Shown here piece by piece: positions 19,771 through 31,112 of a stretch of 64,000 nt of DNA. A program made the translations under genes and the position numbers. The stretch's first letter is position 1. Each line of letters begins with the position of its first letter. Source of the stretch: Gammaproteobacteria bacterium (GTDB lineage: Bacteria; Pseudomonadota; Gammaproteobacteria; Eutrophobiales; Eutrophobiaceae); contig CAXMWX010000005.1 of assembly GCA_963422205.2 (NCBI GenBank), positions 704,001 to 768,000 on the forward strand, given 5' to 3'. The notes below the pieces were generated by a model. The model was not told the DNA's origin, ran no database searches, and worked only from the letters and a program-made list of their open reading frames with translations.

Positions 19771-21803
19771 CATGAATGGCGAAGACTTCGAGGAAGTATA
19801 GCCGGTTCTGTATCAACAAAACGGTTTGGTATGAAGAAAGTTGATTATTCTAAGATAAAATCTGGTGGTAGTACACTTATTGTATAGTATTTTCCACTGA
19901 AGCAGTAGGCTGATAATTGAGCGCCCTTAGCAAAGCTTAATACGGGTATGTTGTGCTGCTTTTCGGCCTTGGTACCAGCGTTGGCATTGCTTTGTTTACG
20001 TGGCTGCTTTTTCATTCTTTTTTCTTTTCATTCCATCCTACAAGCTTTCGTTGAAATTAGAAAAGATGGCCCCGTAATTAAATTAGCCATGGCCCCACTC
20101 ACTGTTTGCTCGCTTTTGCTTGAACCTCGAACAGTTGACTTCTACAAACAAAACATTAAAAATGCAACAATAATTAGGCATTATCGTATACAACAGAAAA
20201 CAATTTTATTTTTACCATCTTTTTCCTCGTATTTATTTCCCAGGCAATGGGTTGCTGGAAGGATGGATGACAAAATGAAGAAGTTTATGCGTAAAAACAA
20301 TGAATACATAGCTTAGCGTTGATCCTGTGAATATTATTTTTTAACGTTCAAATGAAAGTATTGTACAACTTCAGTATAATACTGAAACTGAATGATCAAG
20401 CAGTCGAGGAGCCACTGGTTTCACGCTGCGTAAAACTATCATATTCAAACAGCAAATCCCTTTTTCAAATGAAATGATCGGCTGGCAAATATTTAAGTGC
20501 AAATAGCTTTGTAGGTCTTCAATAAATGGTTATTAAATTATCATTAGGTTTCCGGCGCTCTACAACTGAAAAAATACTTCATTAGGGTTTCCGACGGAGA
20601 GGAAATCTTGTTTGTACAGAGTAGCCTATAAATACTATACAACATAAGACCTCCGTAACTTAATTTATTGTGATGATAAGTTACCGAAAATTGTCTGTCT
20701 TCAGCCGTCAAGATTTTACATTGCACGCCCAAAGTCAATAAAGCTACCTTTGCACAATAATATTGTAACTTTTGACCACTACTCTGCGGAATTCATTGCG
20801 TGTCAAACCTCTCAACGCGACCGTTTGTGACACGATTTACGGGAAAGACGAAAATAATCGATGTTGCTATTCTCCAATTAGGTTTGAGTTTTCGTTATAT
20901 TACTCTATAAACTGCAAGTTGAAGCAAGGCTCAACCCCTATATTGAATAAGATAATCACCTGAGGAGCCGACAACGGTGAAACAGTGTGTAGTGTTTTTT
21001 TATGATTTTATGATTGAGTGGTTTTATAATTATTTCAAACTGCAATAAGTGCGTAATTTGAATCGAATGAGCAAGCCCTTGCATGTCTGCATTTACTACT
21101 GACTCATTTACAGTATTTCAAACGGAGTAGGATGCACGGTTGGAATCGCGCGCACAAACTCTTTCTGATCTCAAAAGAACAAAATTACCTAACATTGCAA
21201 TCACCACGCTGCACGGACATCTTTAAATTTTTATTACTGATATAGTGAAATGTATATAAATTTAAATCTGCACATGTGAATTGAATGCTTTTTGAATTCT
21301 GACAAACCCTTTTCTGTATTCGTAAAAATTCAATGCAAGACTTTTGCACAATGCCCAACAATTGCAAATTGTTGAAAGCTACGAACTGATTTCTCTGTAA
21401 AACTGATTTTATTGTTAACGCTTATTACTACAATTTCACAACTGCATTATTAACAGCATTGCTTTTCGACAAAGAGCTGTTTTCACAAGATGCTGTACGC
21501 AACCCTAAAAACGTTTCACTAAAATTGTTTTTCTCACTATACTTTGACCTACTAAACCTCTAATCCCTTGCGTGTCACTGGTGACCTGGCAAATTTCTTC
21601 CTTGCTCTAAGTCACGCCACACTTTCTGGGTCAAATATGATAAAGATATTTTTTAGTAGCAAGTGATGCCGTGAGGGATAAACTTACGTGTGCAAGGGCG
21701 AGTTTTATGACCATGTGTGACGTGTATACACAATGAAATGACGTAATTAACGTCCAGATTGTCTAGCTTCGACAGAAACTAGTTTACTGGTGAAATGATG
21801 AAT

Positions 21804-22124
21804 AAACTAAAATTAGAAAACATACTAAAAACGTATGCAATTGCTGTTTCTTTACATTAATTGAAAACATATAAACTAAAATTATAAACTAAAAACTAAA
21901 ATTAGAAAACATACTAAAAACGTATGCAATTGCTGTTTCTTTACATTAATTGAAAACATATAAACTAAAATTATAAACTAAAAACTAAAATTAGAAAACA
22001 TACTAAAAACGTATGCAATTGCTGTTTCTTTACATTAACTGAAAACATATAAACTAAAATTATAAACTAAAAACTAAAATTAGAAAACATACTAAAAACG
22101 TATGCAATTGCTGTTTCTTTACAT
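21804..22124. repeat. Tandem repeat, 89-bp unit, about 3.6 near-identical copies
   Basis: CATACTAAAAACGTATGCAATTGCTGTTTCTTTACATT recurs at 21821, 21910, 21999 and 22088. Confidence 0.92.
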
Positions 22125-22609
22125 TTCTTGTCTGATTTTTCTACTAATTATTTTGTGTATGCAGGAGAAAGCAGTAATTTTAAAACTATTACTAAATATT
22201 TTGTGTATGCATGAGAAAGCAGTAATTTTAAGCCTATTGCTGCTGGATGTAGCAGGTTTTCGATACGGTAGGGGCTTATACACCTCATTTTCGTTGATTA
22301 AAATTTAGCCTATGTGAATTGCTACTGTTTCACTTCTTGCAACCCTTTGTATTATTAAAGGTCGTTCTCAAAAACTGGTAAAAATCAGTAACTTTAGAAC
22401 GATTAAAAAACCAATTAAGAAAAACCTTATTCAGCATTAATGTGTGCGTCGTGGTTGCAGTGTATGAGGTAACTGTGCGGTATAAGCTCTACCGAGGGAC
22501 AACTTTATGGTAATACTATAGCAGTCGCGAGAACGCTGCGCTAACAAGAACTTTAACATTGGGGTTACTCAATATCAAGGTTATCAGTACGCGTGCTTTT
22601 GCCATTGTA

Positions 22610-23182
22610 CAGTGGAATTCGGTTAATAAATCCACCTCGGGACAGCCGGTTTTGGATTTAATACGCGGCGGCTTTAATAAACGGCGTTTCCTAAAAATGC
22701 ATCTCACCATTGTGGATATCCCCCTGCAGCGGCAAAAATGCACAAAATGTACTATTTTTTCAATATTTATTCGACACAGAAAAATCTGCGCAATGAAGTT
22801 TGCTTCGGTGGAAATGTTTTCCTCAGATGGCCATTCACTTCTTCTTTCATATCACAAAGCATGTCCATCTTCTTAAACCCAGTACGCTCTAGCCCCAGGG
22901 CCAAGCGACGAAAACATTTCCGCATCTCTGCTGCTAGGACATGTACGTACTTGTCCATACGAAACTGATATTCCAATATTGTACGTAGGCCTACTTACTA
23001 GCACATAATGAAGAAAAATTTGACTGCATTAAGCACGTAAACTGGATGTATTAAGCGGCGCTTGGATTTATTAACCGAAGTTTTTATAACGGGAAAGGAT
23101 TGGGACCACTCCGTTCCAAGCAAATTGGATGTAATAAGCGGCTGGATTTATTAACCGTGGATTCATTAACCGAATTCCACTG
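22610..23182. mobile_element. Tigger/pogo-type MITE
   Basis: TA|CAGTGGAATTCGGTTAATAAATCCAC ... GTGGATTCATTAACCGAATTCCACTG|TA; subterminal GGATTTATTAACCG repeats. Confidence 0.85.
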
Positions 23183-23613
23183 TATAGCAGCGCCACTGAT
23201 GGCTTTATCGAGATGAAACAGAACTTCCCTGGTCTCAGTTTCTCGAATCCAGTTATTTGAGCAAATAATTTTATAAACTCGAGTCCAGTTCTTAAAAGGA
23301 ATATCGCCATGTTTGCTTTCAATTATGCTGTAAAACGTTTATAACTTCATAGATTTTCAAAATATTTTAATGAAACCGAAGTTTTCTCTTCATTATCGCA
23401 GTTAGGTACTTGAATGTTACTCGTACAAGCTTTTACGTTACTGTTCAGCAGGTGGCAGTAGACTCGATGACCGCACGGTCTATTCGCTGTTACCTGGCCA
23501 AGTGAATACACCTACACTGAAAATTGCGTTATTACATTTTAATTTTGCTGTTACGTTCTGTATCACTTGGTGAATAAACAAACAGATTGATTGTTCTTCT
23601 CGAGCATTTAGAC

Positions 23614-23963
23614 CAGGGGTGGGCAATTATTTCACACGAAGGGCCAGAATTGGGAAAACTGTTGAAGCCGCAGGCCGCACGCTGATTGGAAAACAAGGTG
23701 AAGACCTTTTTTTTTTTTGGAGATCACGGTCCACGTACAAATGTGATCTCCAAAATAAGAGGTTTTCACCACGTTTTTTATTCCAATTTTGCACCGTTGA
23801 GCTTATTTTTTGAAAATCACTGCCATCCATGATCTCTAAAGGAAAAAAAAGGTCTTCCGCTAAGTTCACGGTGAGAACTTAAGTTTGTGTAAGTGCCGGC
23901 GGGCCAGAATAAAAGGACCGGCAGGCCGGACTTGGCCCGCGGGCCGTAGTTTGCCCATGTCTG
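23614..23963. mobile_element. Charlie-type hAT MITE
   Basis: CAGGGGTGGGCAA / TTGCCCATGTCTG ends; perfect TSD ATTTAGAC; GGCCCGCGGGCCG subterminal palindrome. Confidence 0.88.
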
Positions 23964-24438
23964 ATTTAGACCTTGCTAGAGCAGTACGGAAGTATAGTTG
24001 TTATAGCGGATATAGCATACTGATACGTTGATTAATCACCTTTTAATAAAACGCTATTGCCTCTAGGGTCAATATTTCTCACAACGGTGCTCATGAGGCT
24101 GATGTTTCATTTGCTAAAATACACTAACAGCCATTTTTAATCAACAACGATTCAGCAGTTTATTGCTTTTTGTTAAGAATGCGCTAAAGTGGTACTTCAT
24201 TGTGCAACAAAAAAATTCTTTGCGGCTAAGTCCAATGTAGGTTCACATGACCGTAAAGTCTATTTTTTAATTTTCATCTCTGTTTGTTTGAAGGAAACAA
24301 AAATTCTTTTCAGCTGTGTGATTGCTGGCAATTTGAAAATCAATCGTGAAGGAAATAGGCCAGCTTCATAAAGACCATCAGTTAGCCTAATACAATGTGC
24401 GAAAAGCGAAAATAGGCCGGTAAAGCGTACGTGGAATA

Positions 24439-25477
24439 CATCCTTGTGCAAAGTAATCTGGGCAGTTGAAAAAAAAAACGCATGAATTTAAGACATTTTG
24501 CTTTTATTTGAAATTTGGAGAAAGCACAGTTTATTTTTGTGGATATTGATAACTGAAATGTCCACCACTTGCTTTGAGGACTAGATCTACTCGTTTTTTC
24601 ATCGACAGCACCAACTTTTTGCAGATGTTTTTGATTTCATCATCGTGAAACCATATGTGTATTACAGACTAAATCAGCTTGGTTTTTGTAGTGCAGTCCT
24701 GCTTCCTCAAGCGATTTTTCACAATGAACCACAGGTGTTTTATAGGATTAAGGTCTGGAGCATTACCAGGCCATTCCATCACTTCCATTTTCACTTTTTG
24801 AAACAATTTGTAATAATCTTGGCCTTGCGACCTGGGGCAGAGTTTTGTTAAAAAATGACTTGAGGATGAAGGTTTGCCAATTTTCTTGATACTCTTTTTT
24901 TATTATTGGCAAATAAGTTTTGCTGTTCATCATCCCCTCAATAGGCTCGAGAGCTCCCGGGCCATTGACAGAAAAGCATCTCCAAGCCATCTTTTTGTCC
25001 AGATATTTAACGGATTAAACAAAGTGCTCTTCTCGAAGTGGCTAACCTTCATTCTCAAGTCATTTTTTAACAAAACTCCGCCCCAGGCCGCAAGGCCAAG
25101 ATTATTACAAATTGTTTCAAAAAGTGAAAATGGAAGTGATGGAATGGCCTGGTAATGCTCCAGACCTCAATCCTATAGAACACCTGTGGTTCATTGTGAA
25201 AAATCGCTTGAGGAAGCAGGACTGCACTACAAAAATCAAGCTGATTTAGTCTGTAATACACATATGGTTTCACGATGATGAAATCAAAAACATCTGCAAA
25301 AAGTTGGTGCTGTCGATGAAAAAACGAGTAGATCTAGTCCTCAAAGCAAGTGGTGAACATTTCAATTATCAATATCCACAAAAATAAACTGTGCTTTCTC
25401 CAAATTTCAAATAAAAGCAAAATGTCTTAAATTCATGCGTTTTTTTTCAACTGCCCAGATTACTTTGCACAAGAGTG
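24439..25477. mobile_element. Fold-back derivative of a Tc1-like transposon with about 440-bp inverted arms
   Basis: About 24439-24880 is nearly the reverse complement of about 25038-25477. Each arm encodes the transposase C-terminus (WPGNAPDLNPIEHLWFIVKNRL...LVLSMKKRVDLVLKASG). The spacer encodes the upstream WRCFSVNGPGALEPIEGMMNSKTY on minus. The reading is disrupted by stops and frameshifts. Confidence 0.9.
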
Positions 25478-26001
25478 AATGTGCTACCATGATAGTAAGA
25501 AGTCTCCGTATGTTACCATCATAGACGCACGGTAAAGCGTACGTGGAATATGTGCTACCATCATAATGAGAAGTCTCCGTGTGTTTCCACCATGCCCCTC
25601 CCCAACCCCTTGGCACTGGCGTTGTTGTAGATTATAGAACACACTAGCACCTCATCCAATCAAATGCTGTGACCATCGTCAAACCACGGTCAAACATCAT
25701 TACCCAGGTCCCAAGATAAACTATTTGGTCAAGAATTTTACGTAATATTGTGGCAAGCAAAAGCGCGAATGACCTAGTAGTGCGGGCAATTATATTCCAA
25801 TCTTTCTGACCTCATAAAGACTTGAGAATATCATAGCTACCAAAATGTAAATGCAGTAACGTTCACAAAGCGTAACTCTTAACCATACTCCAACATTTTC
25901 TTTTACCTAAATAAGAATATATTTCAACATTCGATTAAAACAGCAGCGGTAATTTATATCTAGAGCAGAACACCTAGAGCAGAGGTGACGAACACCTAGA
26001 G

Positions 26002-26972
26002 CAGAGGCGATGAACATGCGGCCCGCAAAAGAATTTCCTGCAGCCCGCGAACATTTTGGCAAGACCACACTACTCTTGAACTTTCTTTTTCCAACTATCC
26101 TTGCAGTTACTGTAGTAGCTAGTAGGGAATAGGGATTATGTAAGTTTGCAGAAATGAATTGGCGAGCTTGTAAGACCATATACGCAAATTTAACTGCTTT
26201 TTTAAGATACTTGTTATTCTGTTTTTCAATCAATATTCAATTAGCCTTTTCTTTCAATGTCTTCAGCAAACAAACGAAAGATCGTAAAATGGGTTTTTAT
26301 GGTAGGCCTATTGTTTTCGGTTGTTCGTTACTGGTGATCAACATTTTTTCGTTATTAACGGGTCTCATAATAGGTCTATGACTAAAAAATTATGCGGCCC
26401 GCTTACTCATTGGTAAGTGACAAAGTTGCCCGCGGTAGCCAGAGATGGACATTTATCGAGATACAGTAATTTATTGGCGATAGTTATCGGCGATAATTTA
26501 TTACCAATTATCGTTATTGCTCCTAATAATGTGGATTTATCGATTACCGATATCGCTTTTGTAATACATTTTGTCATCACCAATAAATTATCGCGATAAA
26601 TCATCGCCGATAAATGATTCTTTATGTACACATTGTTCAAAGTGGGTGAGTTGGCGCTGTAAATAAAATACACAGTGTCCATAAAGTCTTGTTGCAATTA
26701 AAAAAAATCTCTTTGTTCTATTTAATGCCAGGGCAGAGTTCGTGAACTGCTTTCTTTTCTAAAAAATGTAAAAAAAACCTTACCGCAACGTTTATCGGAA
26801 AAATTTATCGGCGATAATTTATAGATTATCGATATCGCTTTAAGAAATTGAGATTTATCGATTATCAGTATCGCCCAGGGTTTTTTGAAATTATCGATTA
26901 TCGTTATCCATTTAGTACAGAAAGGTTTATCGTGCCCATCACTGGCGGTAGCAAATAGGTTCGTCACCCCTG
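26002..26972. mobile_element. Charlie-type hAT element containing a nested MITE
   Basis: CAGAGGCGATGAAC / GTTCGTCACCCCTG ends; perfect TSD ACCTAGAG. Confidence 0.82.
26440..26944. mobile_element. hAT-type MITE with ATCGATTATCG-rich subtermini
   Basis: CAGAGATGGAC / GCCCATCACTG ends; perfect TSD GCGGTAGC. A partial relative lies at about 14510-14857. Confidence 0.85.
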
Positions 26973-27393
26973 ACCTAGAGTTTCTTAGACCAACTTAAAA
27001 ACGGTACCGGTAGGGTTAAAATGATTTAAATGAACATCGTAGAAGAGTAGTGTAGGGATATTTGTTTACAACCACAACGATTGAAGAGAAAAACAAAGTT
27101 ATTGCAGGCTGACCTAAACCGAATTATTAGAATTAACTGAACTAATTCTAAAATTTTCTTTAATCTAGAGTAGACCCAATTTCCAAAGAATTTATTTTAA
27201 CATTCGATAAAAAGAGCAGTTTTATTTCATATTCGCAAACTTCCGGTAATTTATATCGGCAAACTTCTGTTTTAGCGAGTCTGCGTAAATTTAGTTGATT
27301 ACCAGTACCTCGAAAACAGAACCATCGTTTGTCATTGGTGGTGGGTAAAGTAAATTACTACGATGGTGCTCTTTTATTACTGGATTTGTCATG

Positions 27394-29744
27394 TAGAGGC
27401 GTGCGCAGAATTTTTCAATGGGGGGGTTCACTGACGTCACATCGTGATGACGTAAGGACTCTGCAATTACAGTAGCTCAGAGATATTTAAGTGCATCGGG
27501 TTGTAATGTTTCTAGTCTATTATTGCGCAATTGCAGTAAACCATGCCATAACGAAGCAAGCAACCAAAGATATTTCATTCACACTTTTGCTTGATTCTTT
27601 GCGCTTCGTTTAAAAAGAGAAAAGGTTTCACGGAAATTTAAGCTGTCAAGCTGTGATTAAAAAGTTTTTGTTGACTAGATTAAAAAATTTTACTGAAAAA
27701 ATTTTAGCTGATCCCATTTTTGGGCCATTGGAAGGTTAGCACACGAAAGTAGGCTAGCTTTCACAACGTCACAAACAGGATGCAGCCAGAGGGTAAAACA
27801 GTCAATTGCTTTTGTCACACCTAACGCTTTCACACTTTCACGCCAAACGCTTTCACACTTTAAGTGCAAATCTGGCTTTAATCGGCCACAAAACACTAAC
27901 ACTCTTAAAACAATTCACATTGTAGTTTATACGGTACTAACCAAGTGTACTTTAACATCAGCAGTGACTGCTTTAACAGCTTACATTATACTGAGCTGTT
28001 GTGTGGTTTTATGGCGCTTTATAACTACTAAGGTCCTTTAGCGCCAGGACTAAATTTTGTCCAGAATTCACTGACGTATTTTTAATCTCTGTTCATTTCA
28101 TCCTCCGCGCTACACTTAATTGCTGAGCGTTTAGCAAGTGTAACAGTAGATACCAGTTTTAAAGTCTTTGGTTTGACCCGACTGAGAATAGAACCCAGTC
28201 TACCAGCTTCCCAGGCGAACGCTGGCAAGCACAAAACACTCTGCAAAGCGCAGTTATAGAGTGACGTGCAAACGCATTGTAAATATAGGTCACAGGAAAA
28301 ACAATTTGTGGATTGATGATTAGTTCATTTTGTAGCCCTGAGTTCGATTACACAAGAAACAGTTTATCACAGCTTCCCTTCAAAAAATCTTTTTTGAAAA
28401 ACCAACATTGATACAAACAACGCATATAAACCTTGATATAAACATTTAATATGCACTCATTATGAAGGGGGCAGTTTCTCCCATAACTGTCTGGAAAAGC
28501 GAAGATGGTGGAGCATGAAAAATACAGCCCTCTCTCTCAAAACATTTTTAACTAAAATAAATTACGAGCGCGAGAGGAATCTCTAATCATGCGATTAAAG
28601 TCAAAAACAGCGTCGGTATTATTTAAATATTTTTCACCTAAATCACAGGGTCGATTTTATCATCAGATAATCTCAAAGACATAATCGAGGTGTCTGGGAA
28701 ACGAAGCACTCCAGCTCCTGAGACAGTTACGATGCGTAAAAACAATTTTGCCTACCCCCCCGCCCCCCGTTCCACCACTGAACCTCTTTAAATCTTTCGT
28801 TGGTCTGGTCTTCCTTGGCAGTATTTTTATTTTATTTTTAACACTTAGGGCAGTGCCAATTTAGTGTTATATATTTTAATATTTTTTCGACAAACCGGCC
28901 GGTTATAGCGCAGTGTTAAGGATGTCGCTATCGATGCGGAAGATCTGAGGTTCAATTTCCAGGTCGATCAAATCGGACACGATCAAATCACTGTGTAGCC
29001 AAAGGCTGCGACGTTTCTTTGGAGCTGCGTTGCCCAGGCGTAAAAGCCGCGGGTTCGGACCCCGCCACTTGTTATCCACGGTTAGGTGCTACAGTGGGTT
29101 CAATAAAGCGAGTAGGCCTACAGTGAAGATTTACTTTGATTTAAAAAAAATTTGTGTGCAGCCGCTGGCGACGCTGTGCCGATTTGACCGGCTCGGTAAT
29201 CGAACCCCAGACCTTTCGTACCGATAACCTATGCGCTTAACAACTGAGCTAACGGCCCAGAAACCTAACCCAAAACCTCCCGCGCCGATAGCGATGTGTC
29301 TGACCACTACGCCAACTGGCCGGTTCGGTCAACTCAAAATTATGACTTTGCAAGCGAAACATCTGCCTGCGTTGCAACCATTCTCTTCCAAGAATGCCTT
29401 CTGTGCTGAAACGTTGTCTTGTCCAACCATAGCCGTTGAGAACAATCGCTTTATGACATAACAACGCGACTCCAGCTTTAACAGCGCCCATTGACTTTGT
29501 CTAGGGCCGGCGTGATTTTGAGTTAGTCTTTGGTTCAAGCGCATCGCACCAGAAAAGTTTGACTGCCGGTATTATTGCATCACAATGAAAGTTTTTCAAA
29601 ATTATAATGAGGAAGATGAATAGCACAGAAAAACATGATAGCAATTTCGGCAATCTTTGTATCAAAAGAGGCGGATCGTTTCAAAAAGAGATGTTTTCAT
29701 TTTTTTCCATTCCCCCCCCCCCCCCCCCCGTGCGCACGCCACTG
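27394..29744. mobile_element. 2.35-kb composite non-autonomous hAT element carrying SINE copies
   Basis: TAGAGGCGTGCGCA / TGCGCACGCCACTG ends; TSD TTGTCATG / GTGTCATG. The interior is homologous in reverse orientation to about 49780-51970. Confidence 0.78.
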
Positions 29745-31112
29745 GTGTCATGTTACTGTTTCAATATCCAACAATGCTTTACATGCCTTTTGTTTGCAGA
29801 AAACGTGGAAACGTACCTATCTCTGAAAGTGCTCTTTCAAATAATGGCGACTCTTCCTTGTTACCACAGCCGCAAACGAGCGTTCTTAAAGTGCGCTAAA
29901 ATACTTGAAAACGTATCTTCGTTCTACCATGAAGGAAATTGGATCAATTGGACTTGCATTGCTATGTCCACCGTGATATCAGCTTGCATTTGAACAAAGT
30001 ATTTGACGAAATCCCCGCAAAAATCGAAGACTAAATTTTAACTGAATTTTATGTGTAATTTAGTTCCACGCTTTGTAAACAACTTTTCATTTCTGTCCTA
30101 CTTCTGGGCCCCAGAAATTCAGCCCTAAGCCGCTAGTGCCCAGCGGTCAATTTTTTTTTTTAATTTATGTAAAAAGCATCGCCAAGCGGTCACCTTTTCT
30201 AATTAAAATAAGTTCGAAAATGAGTGTTTTTCATGCAAAAAACAGTAAAAATCCGTTGGCGTTTGAGGTTTCGCCCCAGAACCCCCAGTTGTGTCCCCCC
30301 TCTGCCAAATCTAGGGTGCGACACTGGCTACCCTAAATAAGTTTAGGCAGAAAAAAGCTGGCTTTGATGGGTTGAGTGATGAGATTGACCTAGCTGTGTA
30401 GTGCAACACTTTAAAAATGCAGAACAGCTCGTAGGGGTTACGCATTACAGCAGGCCTGGCTGTTGGCTACCGCACACCGGTCGATTTTGTACATTTATAC
30501 AAACCTTAGGCCTGCCTGCAATTATTCATGCTAAACCGCTATGTTTCGGGGTTTGATAAAAAAAAATACTCTCAACAAACAATTTGCATTTTAATTGTTT
30601 GAGCTAAATTGCCAATGCTTTATCGCAGTCTAAAAACAATATAGGTCTAATAAAGCTCTAACAAAAACTTCACAAATGTTTCTACACAGAGCTATACCAT
30701 CAAAAACATCGCAATTAACCACGCAAATAGGCAACACAAAAACTTTTCACGTGTAAAACAAAATAGTGATTTTTGCTCCTTGCAACTAACGATACTCATT
30801 GGAATACTAAATTAAATATATAGCTTATGAAGTATCAACAAAAATAGATCAAAAATTTAAACAGCTTCGAGCGAAATTTGTTTTCATAGCGGTAACTCAA
30901 TTGACTAGGTCTGTGTAGCCAATGTCGCGAAAATTCAATGCTTGTTTAACACTTTAGCCCCTGCATACAAAATAAAATACTTCAAGAAGGGATGTAAACT
31001 TTAGCAATAAAATGTTATTCTATCCGGTATCTTGTAGTAGACGAAATTCTAATCAGAAAAGAAACAGACTTCTGTGTAACTTAAAGCATTATGAAACAAA
31101 TACAAAAAAAAA

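Noticed and set aside
21804-22124. Possible CRISPR array
   Set aside because: The units are contiguous and identical with no unique spacers, there are no cas genes, and the context is eukaryotic.
5079-30336. Many 60-130 aa ORFs in the AT-rich region
   Set aside because: Most start at non-ATG codons, overlap MITEs or SINEs, and show low-complexity F/K/L/I composition expected by chance.
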